From Candidatus Nealsonbacteria bacterium (lineage in GTDB: Bacteria > Patescibacteriota > Minisyncoccia > Minisyncoccales > JANBVM01), in the NCBI GenBank assembly GCA_026016225.1, contig CP061210.1:2000-65999 (forward strand): a stretch of DNA of 64,000 nucleotides. Reading direction: 5' to 3'. Shown piece by piece: positions 1 through 8,465 of the stretch (position 1 is the first letter of the stretch; every line of letters begins with the position of its first letter). The translations under genes and the position numbers were made by a program. The notes below the pieces were generated by a model. That model was not told the origin of the DNA, ran no database searches, and worked only from the letters and a program-made list of their open reading frames with translations.

Positions 1-2
1 CG

Positions 3-674
3 TGGCGAACCAGCTTTACACAGTGAACACTCTGAAGGATCAACTGCCCACATTCCTTTCTCGATTAAAGATATAACCTTGATTTTTTCATCGTCAATTT
101 CGTAATCTATTGGTAATTTGGGTGGGCGGTGAACTAAAACGCCAACAATTGGTAGAAAATTAACCTGTTCAGAGTTTCCCTCTCTTACTGCTCGTCGGAC
201 TTCTTTAAAGGTACCGCTGGTGGTGATAAGTTCCTCGACTTGTAAAACCTTAGCTTTAGCTGGGATAGTCATTCTTTTCCAGAGCATTCGTTTTTTCTCT
301 GGATTGATAGGATCTTTTTCTGTAAATCCGTGGATTGCCCCAAGAGCTTTCGCCACTTCGTAAGAAAAGGTTATATCAGCGTATGCTGACCCAATCACCC
401 AATCTACTTTTCCTATTCCCTTTTCTCGTAATAAGCGAACTAGTTGTAGAGCCAGAATCTCGTTAAGGTTAGGGTATTTCAGAACCTCGGGACAATTGAC
501 ATAACCATTGCTGCACATTCCAGAAGTCAGTTCAGCATGGGGTTTTTTAGGATCGCCATCGTGAAGCCAGAAAGCATCGCAGAGATCAAACCAATGAAGA
601 ATTTCTTCTTCTGTTAGGACTTTCGTATCGAAAGCCCTCGGATTAAGCCCAATTATTTCCTTTATATTTTCCAT
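3..674 (-). CDS. Phosphoribosyltransferase, orotate PRTase (PyrE)-like; 3' end runs off the window
   Basis: Not in the ORF track. Hand translation from ATG 674 gives MENIKEIIGLNP...HAELTSGMCSNGYVNC...KVLQVEELITTSGT (PRPP-binding loop) and stays open to the edge. GGAGGTGG SD at about 680-687. Confidence 0.75.
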   Translation of the reverse strand, partial: MENIKEIIGLNPRAFDTKVLTEEEILHWFDLCDAFWLHDGDPKKPHAELTSGMCSNGYVNCPEVLKYPNLNEILALQLVRLLREKGIGKVDWVIGSAYADITFSYEVAKALGAIHGFTEKDPINPEKKRMLWKRMTIPAKAKVLQVEELITTSGTFKEVRRAVREGNSEQVNFLPIVGVLVHRPPKLPIDYEIDDEKIKVISLIEKGMWAVDPSECSLCKAGSP

Positions 675-766
675 TTTTTCCACCTCCTTACATTAAACAA
701 TTTAATTATTAAGGAGCTATCTTTTCTGATTTTAAAGTTTAACAGAGTTTTTACAAAAGTCAAACC

Positions 767-790
767 CGAGAGAAAAACTCTCGGATTTTT
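767..790. terminator. Intrinsic terminator-like hairpin
   Basis: CCGAGAG-AAAAA-CTCTCGG followed by a T tract. Confidence 0.5.
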
Positions 791-802
791 TAAAAATCGG
801 GA

Positions 803-941
803 CTCCCGTAGTCGGTCTCGAACCAAAATTTGAAGGAAAAATTGGGCGATTTTGAGGGTTCTAAATAACGCCCCTCTGTCCGCCTCAGTTTTAAACTTCG
901 GCGAGATAAATCGGGGCTATTTTTAGCTAAAATAAGACAAC
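803..941. repeat. Cassette-end repeat B, copy 1; starts with a tRNA 3'-end-like fragment
   Basis: Shares CCGTAGTCGGTCTCRAACC, GTCCGCCTCMGTTTTAAACTTCGGCGAGATAAATCG and ATAAGACAA with 1777-1914. Confidence 0.85.
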
Positions 942-945
942 AGGT

Positions 946-1668
946 TTATTTCATAATAAAAGAGTTAACAAAAACACCAATAACATAACCTGCTAACGTT
1001 GCTATACTTGCTAAGATAAACATTTCAAACCCTGATTTCCACCACCGGCGCTTCGTAAACTTTGTAGTTATGGATCCAAGCACAAATAGGCCAATAAGTG
1101 TAATTGTTATAGAGATTATCATGGCTAATGAAACTGGCAAAAAAAGATACGGCAAAACGGGTAAACTTCCACCAATTATATAAGAAAAAAACATAAAGAT
1201 TCCACTATGTATCGGCTTTTCTGGAACGCCGAGATTAGTGAAAAGTTCTCTATGCATCATTTCTTTCAAAAACAAGGATTTATTTTTGGAAGCTACTAAT
1301 GCCATTTCTTTTGCAAGAGTTAATGGCCAGCCATCTCTCGTATACATCTTAATTAATTCTTTCCTTTCTTCTTCAGGACCCTCTTCAATCTCTATTTTTT
1401 CTTCTTCCAATTTCCGTTCATTGACTTCTTTTACAGATTTAGTTGAAAGATATGAACCAATTCCCATAGATATTGCTTCAACTATGACAATTACGAAACC
1501 AGACAAGATAATGAAAAAGTGATTGTTACTACCGGCCGCGATACCAGTTAATGCCCCAAGAGTCGAAAGCATACCATCCTCTATACCAAATACTATTTCA
1601 CGAATGTTATATAAAAATTTAGATTTCTTATAGTGAATAAAGTTTGCTCTTATTTTTATTCTTTGCAT
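946..1668 (-). CDS. VIT1/CCC1 family Fe/Mn transporter
   Basis: IREIVFGIEDG, AISMGIGSYLS and GGSLPVLPY motifs; five TM segments around an acidic cytosolic loop. Confidence 0.9.
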   Translation of the reverse strand: MQRIKIRANFIHYKKSKFLYNIREIVFGIEDGMLSTLGALTGIAAGSNNHFFIILSGFVIVIVEAISMGIGSYLSTKSVKEVNERKLEEEKIEIEEGPEEERKELIKMYTRDGWPLTLAKEMALVASKNKSLFLKEMMHRELFTNLGVPEKPIHSGIFMFFSYIIGGSLPVLPYLFLPVSLAMIISITITLIGLFVLGSITTKFTKRRWWKSGFEMFILASIATLAGYVIGVFVNSFIMK

Positions 1669-1742
1669 AATTTTTATATTCTTAACAATTTCATTCTACC
1701 AAAAAATCGCTCATTTAGCGATTTTTTACTTATATCCATTTC

Positions 1743-1770
1743 GGGTCGTCCTATCGCCATAGGCCTCTCG
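1743..1770. repeat. Cassette-end repeat A, copy 1
   Basis: GGTCGTCCTATCGCCATAGGCCTCTCG versus GGTCGCCCTAACGGGATAGGCCCCTCG at 2830-2856. Confidence 0.7.
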
Positions 1771-1776
1771 GTCGCT

Positions 1777-1914
1777 TGCTACCGTAGTCGGTCTCAAACC
1801 TGACTTTCAGGAACAAATTTAGGGACTTTTAGGGGTATCTCATAATGCTTCTCGGTCCGCCTCCGTTTTAAACTTCGGCGAGATAAATCGAGGCTGTTTT
1901 GAACGATAAGACAA
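1777..1914. repeat. Cassette-end repeat B, copy 2
   Basis: Direct repeat of 803-941, offset about 976 bp. Confidence 0.85.
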
Positions 1915-1924
1915 ATAAAAATTC

Positions 1925-2737
1925 TTATCTTCCCCACCTAAACAAATTTCTAATCCAGCCGAACACTCCTTTGGTGCTTTTCTCTCTACTTGCTAATTGT
2001 TGAAGTCTTACCTGCTCTTGTTCTACATTTTGAACCTGCTCTTGTATCATTGCTTTAACCTCTTCGCCACAAGAGCATTCTTCTCTCAACCGTTTAAGTT
2101 CTTGAATTCTCTGTTGATTTTGGTTTAGCTCTCGCTCCATGTCTTCAGCAGCATTCTTATCTCCACCCATAAAAAATCTGACAAAAACATTCCTTTTCTG
2201 TATTTTTTCCTCAGCTATTATCGTCGCTTGAACAGAATTGTTGAATTCGCGAGCAATCTGGGAAACTTGAGGACCGATGCCCGTGGCTAAATCCTCGATG
2301 GCAAGTAAAGCATGTACTGCTTCTCTGGCTTGATTTTGATTCTGGTATACTTTTTTCTGAATATTGCTTAACCCCTGCATCTCTTGGTTCATTTCCTACT
2401 TCCTTTGCTGCACCATTTCTCTTGCTTCATTCATAGTGCGAGCCCTTTGTGGACTTTCCAAGATAAAGGTCTGCCCGCCCGGTCCTTGTCCTGTTTCCTC
2501 TCTTTCCTGAACTCGTTCTTCCTCTCTTGTTTGTGTTTGCTGTTCTTCACCGCGATTTTGAGTTTCCTGCTCTGTTTGTATCTGCTGACTCTGACCTGTT
2601 TCTTGACCTTTTTCAGAATCTTCTACCCTTGCACCAGTATCCTGAGCTCCTTTTGGAGCAGCGTCTTTTGGTCCAGTAGCAATTACCACTGAGCCAAATA
2701 GAGCAAAAATTAAAAATGAAATAATTATTTTTTTCAT
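1925..2737 (-). pseudogene. Exported Gln/Glu-rich coiled-coil protein interrupted by one in-frame TAG
   Basis: ORFs 2396-2737 (signal peptide) and 1925-2392 share a frame and are joined as AAG TAG GAA ATG. Confidence 0.7.
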
Positions 2738-2829
2738 ATATAAAAATTTAGAAATTATGGGTCTCGACCTTTTGTGTTTTATTATACCATAAAAACCGCA
2801 TTGGGGTAGTTTTTATTTATACCCCCTCG

Positions 2830-2856
2830 GTCGCCCTAACGGGATAGGCCCCTCGA
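2830..2856. repeat. Cassette-end repeat A, copy 2
   Basis: Matches 1743-1770. Confidence 0.7.
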
Positions 2857-2909
2857 TGAAAATGGTGGAAAATGGTCTTCGTTCACTACCAAAAAACTGC
2901 AGATATTAG

Positions 2910-3524
2910 TTATTTGCAGTCTTCCGGACAAGTTTCTTTTGTCTCAAAACAAGGACAGCCAAGAGCCATGCAGACAAACTCCTGGCATATGCCGTCACCG
3001 CACATGTCCTTGCAGAATCTTTCTCCTTTCTGGCATTCTCCCCGGAAAAAGTCCCACTGGCCGCACTCTGAGCCGTCTTCAAATATGCAAAATCCCTTCT
3101 GCCCCGCCTCAACCATTCTGTGTTCTAAAACGCCTCCCTGCTCTTCGCAAAAAACCGAAGCTCGATTGGCAAACATGGGTATCTCTTCAAAAACAGGCGG
3201 CTCTTCTGTTGGCGCCTGTCTGTTCAAATAATAAACAGCAGGGACAATCAAAAGAGCGCAAAGAAGGAATAAGCTTAAGGCATGGACGTAAGAAAACTTT
3301 TGGAAATTAAAGAAATTCCAAAATAAGGCTTTTTTGGCTTTTAACTCAGCTACCCTGTCTAATAATTTAGCTCTTAGTTTTGCTTTGAAGGCTTCGTCAA
3401 TCTCAACATCGGGCTTTGCCATTAAAAGCTTTTCAATTAGCTTCTCCATCTCATTTTGGTGCTTTCTCAAGCTCCTATCTATGAGATAGAGATCTTCTAA
3501 GATTTCTTTAACTCTTTTATCCAT
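2910..3524 (-). CDS. Putative anti-sigma factor with extracytoplasmic DUF333-like Cys-rich domain
   Basis: Helical N-terminus, one TM, then ANRASVFCEEQGG...CIFEDGSECGQWDFFRGEC. Overlaps the ECF sigma stop codon. Confidence 0.7.
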   Translation of the reverse strand: MDKRVKEILEDLYLIDRSLRKHQNEMEKLIEKLLMAKPDVEIDEAFKAKLRAKLLDRVAELKAKKALFWNFFNFQKFSYVHALSLFLLCALLIVPAVYYLNRQAPTEEPPVFEEIPMFANRASVFCEEQGGVLEHRMVEAGQKGFCIFEDGSECGQWDFFRGECQKGERFCKDMCGDGICQEFVCMALGCPCFETKETCPEDCK

Positions 3525-4059
3525 AGATGCTTAATAGGATTAATAATAAAACTATTTCTTCTTTGAGTTTTCCTATGGTCCTGGAGAAAATCATCTTGCA
3601 GTTTGCCTCGCTCTTTCCCGTAATTTCAGCAATCTCTTTGTAAGACAAGCCGTCCCAAACCCTCATCAAGACAATCTCTCTCTGGTCTTTTTTAATCTTT
3701 TTCAGATAATTCTCCGCTTCCCTTAACCTGTCTCTGTACTCAATATCCAGGCTGGGATCTTTGCCCAAGCCCCAAACTTCAGAAATATCAAGCTCGCTTT
3801 TTCTGGTTCGATAATGATCAATTACTTTATTTCGGGCAATGCAGTAAATCCAGGCAGAAAAGGTTCCTCTGCCGAGGTCAAAGCCTTGAATCTTCTCCAG
3901 GGCCTTAATAAAAGTCTGGCTGGTAATATCTTCTGCTGTTTCTTTGTGCCCGGTCCTGTAGTAAATGAACCTGTATATTTTCTTAAAATAACTATCGTAG
4001 AGTTTTTCAAACTCCTTCAGGTTTCCTTTTTTGCATTGCTCAATGATTTCCTGTTCCAT
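3517..4059 (-). CDS. ECF family RNA polymerase sigma factor
   Basis: Region 2 (AEDITSQTFIKA, FSAWIYCIARNKVIDHYR) and region 4 (GLSYKEIAEITG); 180 aa. Confidence 0.93.
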   Translation of the reverse strand: MEQEIIEQCKKGNLKEFEKLYDSYFKKIYRFIYYRTGHKETAEDITSQTFIKALEKIQGFDLGRGTFSAWIYCIARNKVIDHYRTRKSELDISEVWGLGKDPSLDIEYRDRLREAENYLKKIKKDQREIVLMRVWDGLSYKEIAEITGKSEANCKMIFSRTIGKLKEEIVLLLILLSIYG

Positions 4060-4083
4060 TAGTGTATTCTACACGATCTCAGA

Positions 4084-4116
4084 GTAAAAAGCAGGGCCAA
4101 GAACCCTGCTTTTTAC
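4084..4116. terminator. Bidirectional intrinsic terminator
   Basis: GTAAAAAGCAGGG-CCAAGAA-CCCTGCTTTTTAC, immediately after the I42 gene. Confidence 0.75.
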
Positions 4117-4120
4117 AATC

Positions 4121-4702
4121 CTACTTAATTACCACTTTGTAAATTAGGGTTTTAATCGGTTCCTCCTCCCAGGATCTCCCGTAAGAAAACTTTATTTCTG
4201 TCTCTCCCTTCTTCAGGGCAAGGAATTCGAAAGATTCCTGTCCTCCGGCACCAACCGGAACCTCCATTTCTGACTCTTCCGGGTTCTCAATTCCTATAAC
4301 TCCTCCATCGATTTGATCCTGCGCCCATTGTTCTCTAACCTGATTGCTATCAATAATGTCTCTTGCACCATCGGGAAGATCCTCGGTCTGAATTTCTCCA
4401 TCTCTGGAAGCCATAACAGATTCAACCATTGCATTTCTTGAAAAGGTTGGCTCCTGAACAATATAGTTTCTGTCAACCAATTCAATAAACCCTTCATCAA
4501 ACTCCACTGTCCACTGATAGCCGGTAGTGGGATTGGCCTCCAAGACTATTCCAAAGTCCTCGCCAACCTCCTTTTCTATTGTTTGAATGCCGGCGTCTTT
4601 TGTGTTTTCTGCTGCTGGAGCAACGATATAATGGCTTGCTCCGTAGCTTACACCGACAACAATAAGCAATGAAATAAAGACGGTAATGATTAACTTTAAC
4701 AT
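4121..4702 (-). CDS. Chagasin-like cysteine protease inhibitor (family I42), exported
   Basis: Signal/anchor, then LEANPTTGYQW, VGAGG and FSYGRSWE, the three I42 loop motifs. Confidence 0.85.
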   Translation of the reverse strand: MLKLIITVFISLLIVVGVSYGASHYIVAPAAENTKDAGIQTIEKEVGEDFGIVLEANPTTGYQWTVEFDEGFIELVDRNYIVQEPTFSRNAMVESVMASRDGEIQTEDLPDGARDIIDSNQVREQWAQDQIDGGVIGIENPEESEMEVPVGAGGQESFEFLALKKGETEIKFSYGRSWEEEPIKTLIYKVVIK

Positions 4703-4750
4703 GTTTTTTTAATAATTAATTATATATCTTAACGACCTTTCTACTTAATA

Positions 4751-4777
4751 TAACGATGGGGAGAAAGAAAGGTAACA
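4751..4777 (-). promoter_or_regulatory. ECF-type promoter candidate for the I42 gene
   Basis: Minus strand reads TGTTAC-N16-CGTTA, similar to the SigW/SigX-type TGwAAC-N16-CGT consensus. Confidence 0.5.
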
Positions 4778-4847
4778 AAAAAACCGCCTGCTTGAGGAGA
4801 CGGCGGCTGAAATTTGCTTCGGGGACTGAACAATATTAGAACCTGTT

Positions 4848-4994
4848 TTATGACTTTTTCTCAGGTATGAAATAAATAAACCATACAAACCAAACCAACC
4901 AAATGGCTTCTGAAAAATTTCCACTTAAAAGTCCTTGGATACCCCTTATCCCCATAAATCCGAGAAATCCTAACATCCAATTTTCTCTCATCAT
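4848..4994 (-). CDS. Small 48-aa membrane protein (below the ORF-track cutoff)
   Basis: MMRENWMLGFLGFMGIRGIQGLLSGNFSEAIWLVWFVWFIYFIPEKKS; upstream AAAGGTC motif and TGGTAGAAT extended -10. Confidence 0.65.
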   Translation of the reverse strand: MMRENWMLGFLGFMGIRGIQGLLSGNFSEAIWLVWFVWFIYFIPEKKS

Positions 4995-5294
4995 AAAAAT
5001 TTTAATTTTAAATTTAATTAAAATATTTCAGACCTTTCGTTTTCATTCTACCAAAAAATCGCCTTCTTGGCGATTTCTAAATGTGGCTCGGTCTCTCGAA
5101 AACCTCACAGTTTGGCTCCGGGGATAGTACAATATACAAACCACTACGCTGTAATTCCTTCGGAATTAAGAGAACTTGGTTTTGGGAGAGATTTCCAGTG
5201 ATTGAACCAATTAAATGCTTTTCTGTTTAGCTCCAGAGGACGATGTTAGAACCTGTTTTACACAAACCCATCACTATACATAAGACTCAGTTCA

Positions 5295-5930
5295 TTACTT
5301 TTTTTGCCTTAAGCTAAAAATCAAATGAGAAAAGAATGATTTTATAGTGCAGAAACCCTTAAAATAGTGCCAGACTCTTTTGTCTTCTCCAATCTTTCGG
5401 ACAAGGATAAAGTTTTTTATTGGAGTTTTGATAATTTTGTAGTTTTTCTTATTGTTCTTTATCCAAGAAATTACATATTGAGTAGACCTCATCCATGCAT
5501 CATGAAAAAGGACATAACCTTTGTTATTTAGCAATAAATCAATGTAATAAAAATCAACAAATATAACATCAAATTTATGTCCCCCATCAATAAAGGCAAA
5601 ATCTACTTTTACACCCCCCTTTAGTAATTTTGGTAAAACATTGTGTGATGAATCATTTTCAAATATGAGGAATTTCTTTAATTTCAACTTTTCTATATTT
5701 TTTATCCCAATATTGGAATAAGTTCCTTGAAACGCATCGATCACATAATGCTGACTTTTTGTCGCAGAAATTATATACGCTGTTGAACATCCATACGCAA
5801 AACCAACTTCAAGTGTTTTCTTAATTTTATTCTTTTTAAGAAAATTATAAATATATTTACCCTCTTTCTCAGTAATTGAAACTGCTTTCTTCTCTTCTGG
5901 TATTCCTAATTGTTGATAAATTTTATCCAC
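5295..5930 (-). CDS. Class I SAM-dependent methyltransferase (Methyltransf_24-like)
   Basis: LEVGFAYGCS, DFAFIDGGH and VLFHD motifs. Confidence 0.88.
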   Translation of the reverse strand: MDKIYQQLGIPEEKKAVSITEKEGKYIYNFLKKNKIKKTLEVGFAYGCSTAYIISATKSQHYVIDAFQGTYSNIGIKNIEKLKLKKFLIFENDSSHNVLPKLLKGGVKVDFAFIDGGHKFDVIFVDFYYIDLLLNNKGYVLFHDAWMRSTQYVISWIKNNKKNYKIIKTPIKNFILVRKIGEDKRVWHYFKGFCTIKSFFSHLIFSLRQKK

Positions 5931-6055
5931 AAATACTTTAATTAAAAGTTAGTTTATCAAATTTTTGTTTATATGCTCTAATTTTATCACTAATAAATTC
6001 TAGTGTCTAATTCGATATCAAAAAATGGCTTAACAAAGCCATTTCTGGACCCTAG

Positions 6056-6389
6056 CTCCGGCGGCAGGATTCGAACCTGCAACCTAGTGCTTACACATTA
6101 TCCTAGTGTTTCCACTAGGGGTGGACTATCTCATCTCCAAGACATAGAAGTCTTACGGAGCGGGGCGCTTCCCCATCCAGAAATAAAATATTCTGGACTA
6201 GTACTCCCTTCCGGGATAGTCTCTGAACCTTCCATGAACCCTACGGTTCAGGGCTTGGCTGCGGATTACCATATTTTAACTTTTCTTAAAACTTAGGCTT
6301 CCCGCAATTCACCCCGTTTTTCAACCTCGATTTCTCGAAGAAGCTGCGATATTTCACAGGCACCCGCGCTACCATTGCGCCACGCCGGA
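6056..6389 (-). tRNA. tRNA-Asn(GUU); exons 6389-6356 and 6093-6056
   Basis: Joined exons give acceptor TCCGGCG/CGCCGGA with discriminator G, D arm GCGC-AATGGTA-GCGC, anticodon loop CT-GT|T-AA and T arm GCAGG-TTCGAAT-CCTGC. CCA is not encoded. Confidence 0.93.
6094..6355 (-). ncRNA. Group I self-splicing intron (262 nt) in the tRNA-Asn anticodon
   Basis: P1 CUGU|GA-AAUA-UCGCAG with a U.G pair at the splice site; UCAGAGACUA (6226-6217) and GAGAUAGUCC (6132-6123) form P7; terminal G at 6094. Confidence 0.92.
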
Positions 6390-6393
6390 ATGT

Positions 6394-7065
6394 TTATTTT
6401 TTGAAAACCCCTGAAATCCAACCCATTATTCTTCGATGTAAATTTACATCACTTATTTTTATTCTAAACACCCCATAACGATGTTTCACTTTCCTTAATC
6501 TATGAGGATTATTCTTAGCAATATAGGTTTTTGTAAATTGTTTAAGAGGAATCTTGGTTATTTTCGACCAATATTTTTTTGCTTCTATTCTATTGAGATT
6601 ATCATGAATATATAAACTTCCCCTTAATCTCTTTTCAGAAACCTTACAGAATTCCCGAAGCCAGTTAGCCATAAATTTAATAGCTTTTGGGTCAGAATTG
6701 GTGATGGAAACATCTCCATCTGTTTTACCTCCCTCTCCATAATATAAGGATATCCCCGCTATAAATCTATCGTGCTTTGAAATATTCCCTACTTCTTTTT
6801 TACCTTTTGCTATTAATTTACGAGTTAACTCCTCCCTCTCTCTTTGTTTTTTCTTGGCTCCAATAATACTTCCTTTAAGAGCACCTGTCCTTTTGTTCAA
6901 ATATAGTCTTTCCAATTGTTTTCTACTTAACTGAATATCGCGCACCCATAAACTCACAGAAGATCTTGAAACACCCAATCTCTTCTGAATTGTTTTAACT
7001 GATAAGCCTTTCTTTCGTAGTTCTCTAGCTTTCAATTTTAACTTCAGTTTTCCTGCGTAACCCAT
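6394..7065 (-). CDS. HTH plus LAGLIDADG-like protein, tRNA-adjacent
   Basis: N-terminal HTH (GLSVKTIQKRLGVSRSSVSLW), IAGISLYYGEG helix and ITNSDPKAI strand-turn; very basic. Confidence 0.6.
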   Translation of the reverse strand: MGYAGKLKLKLKARELRKKGLSVKTIQKRLGVSRSSVSLWVRDIQLSRKQLERLYLNKRTGALKGSIIGAKKKQREREELTRKLIAKGKKEVGNISKHDRFIAGISLYYGEGGKTDGDVSITNSDPKAIKFMANWLREFCKVSEKRLRGSLYIHDNLNRIEAKKYWSKITKIPLKQFTKTYIAKNNPHRLRKVKHRYGVFRIKISDVNLHRRIMGWISGVFKK

Positions 7066-7071
7066 TATTTA

Positions 7072-7100
7072 ATTCTTTCATTCTGAACCCTGAATGTCAA
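7072..7100 (-). promoter_or_regulatory. Sigma70 promoter, probably leaderless, for ORF 6394-7065 and tRNA-Asn
   Basis: TTGACA-N17-AAGAAT with an extended TG, 6 nt before the ATG. Confidence 0.6.
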
Positions 7101-7226
7101 GCTATATAACCTTTGTTCTACTATTAGATTATTGTGTAATATATAACTTCTAGTTTAATATAATCTAAATTTTAAAATTTGTGAAGTCTTCTGTATAAAA
7201 TGTTATTTTCTCCCTCAAATACCAAC

Positions 7227-8456
7227 TTAATATCCTTTTAATTTCTTCAAAGAACGATGTTGACGGATTTTTTCAAGGGCTTTTGCTTCAATTTGACGAA
7301 TTCTTTCACGTGTTACCCCGAATACCTGACCCACCTCTTCCAAAGTATGAGTAATCCCATCTTCTAAACCAAACCTCATTGATAGAATCTTCTGCTCTCT
7401 TGGGGTTAAATCAACTAAAATCTCTTTTAATCTCTCCCTAAGTAAAACTCGAGCTGCATCCAAAGAGGGAGAAATGGTTTTTTCGTCTTTAATGAATTCA
7501 GCTAATATTGAATCATCTTCATCATCTCCCACAGGTGTTTCTAACGATATTGTTCGCTGAGAAATTTTCATTAAGTGATGAACTTTACTAACCTCAATTC
7601 CCATTTCAGCTGCAATCTCTTCCGGTAAAGGGTCTCTGCCTAAACTTTTTAAAATCCTTTTCTTTGCCTTGTTAAATTTTGAAAGGGTTTCAACCATATG
7701 AACAGGTATTCTGATTGTCCTTGCCTGGTCAGCCAAAGCTCGGCTGATTGCTTGCCTTATCCACCAGGTAGCATAGGTGGAAAATTTATAACCTCTCCGC
7801 CAATCAAATTTCACAACGGCCCGGAAGAGACCAAGGTTTCCTTCCTGGATCAGGTCAAGGATGGTTAAGTTAGGCGACCTGCCAATGTATCTTTTAGCGA
7901 TTGAAACCACTAATCTAAGATTAGCTCTGGCTAATTTCTTTTTTGCCTCTTCATCTCCTTTTTCAATTCTTTTTGAAAGTTCTTTCTCTTGGTCTGCAGT
8001 TAAAAAGGAAACCCTACCAATCTCTTTTAAATACATTTGAACAGGATCAATTTTTCTTGCTCTACTACCAGTTTTCGTTTTCTTTTCCGGCACTAAGAAC
8101 TCTTTAACATCTTTTACTTCAATTCCTCTTTTCTCTAATTCTTCATAAAATCTTTCTAAACCTTTGATGTCTTTTTCTGCTTCGGGGAAAAAGTATAAAA
8201 TCTCAGAAACAGTAATAAAACCTCTTTCCTGACCTTTATTAATCAGTTTTTCAACTTTCTCCTCAAGAAAAACACCCTTTGAACGAGTTCTTGTAAGTCT
8301 TTTTCTCTTTTTTCCCACCAACTGGCGGGTTTTCTTTGTTCTTTTCTTTTTACCTTTTCTTACCTTTGTCTTTTTCTTTGGTTTTACTTTTGGTTTTTTC
8401 TTCTTTTTTCCCGCCAACCAGCGGTCCTCCAACCGGCGGGTTTTCTTTTTTAACAT
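7227..8456 (-). CDS. rpoD: Primary sigma factor RpoD/SigA with a Lys-rich N-terminal extension
   Basis: [57 protein letters not shown]. Confidence 0.97.
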   Translation of the reverse strand: MLKKKTRRLEDRWLAGKKKKKPKVKPKKKTKVRKGKKKRTKKTRQLVGKKRKRLTRTRSKGVFLEEKVEKLINKGQERGFITVSEILYFFPEAEKDIKGLERFYEELEKRGIEVKDVKEFLVPEKKTKTGSRARKIDPVQMYLKEIGRVSFLTADQEKELSKRIEKGDEEAKKKLARANLRLVVSIAKRYIGRSPNLTILDLIQEGNLGLFRAVVKFDWRRGYKFSTYATWWIRQAISRALADQARTIRIPVHMVETLSKFNKAKKRILKSLGRDPLPEEIAAEMGIEVSKVHHLMKISQRTISLETPVGDDEDDSILAEFIKDEKTISPSLDAARVLLRERLKEILVDLTPREQKILSMRFGLEDGITHTLEEVGQVFGVTRERIRQIEAKALEKIRQHRSLKKLKGY

Positions 8457-8465
8457 AGAGTCTAA

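Noticed and set aside
2396..2398. Stop-codon reassignment or pyrrolysine readthrough
   Set aside because: TAG, TGA and TAA all terminate conserved genes at expected positions; only one interrupted gene was seen.
4903..5127. 74-aa plus-strand ORF ending WLRG
   Set aside because: Overlaps the better-supported minus-strand 48-aa gene and its promoter; no recombinase motifs.
6003..6296. 97-aa plus-strand ORF
   Set aside because: Antisense to the tRNA-Asn 3' exon and the intron.
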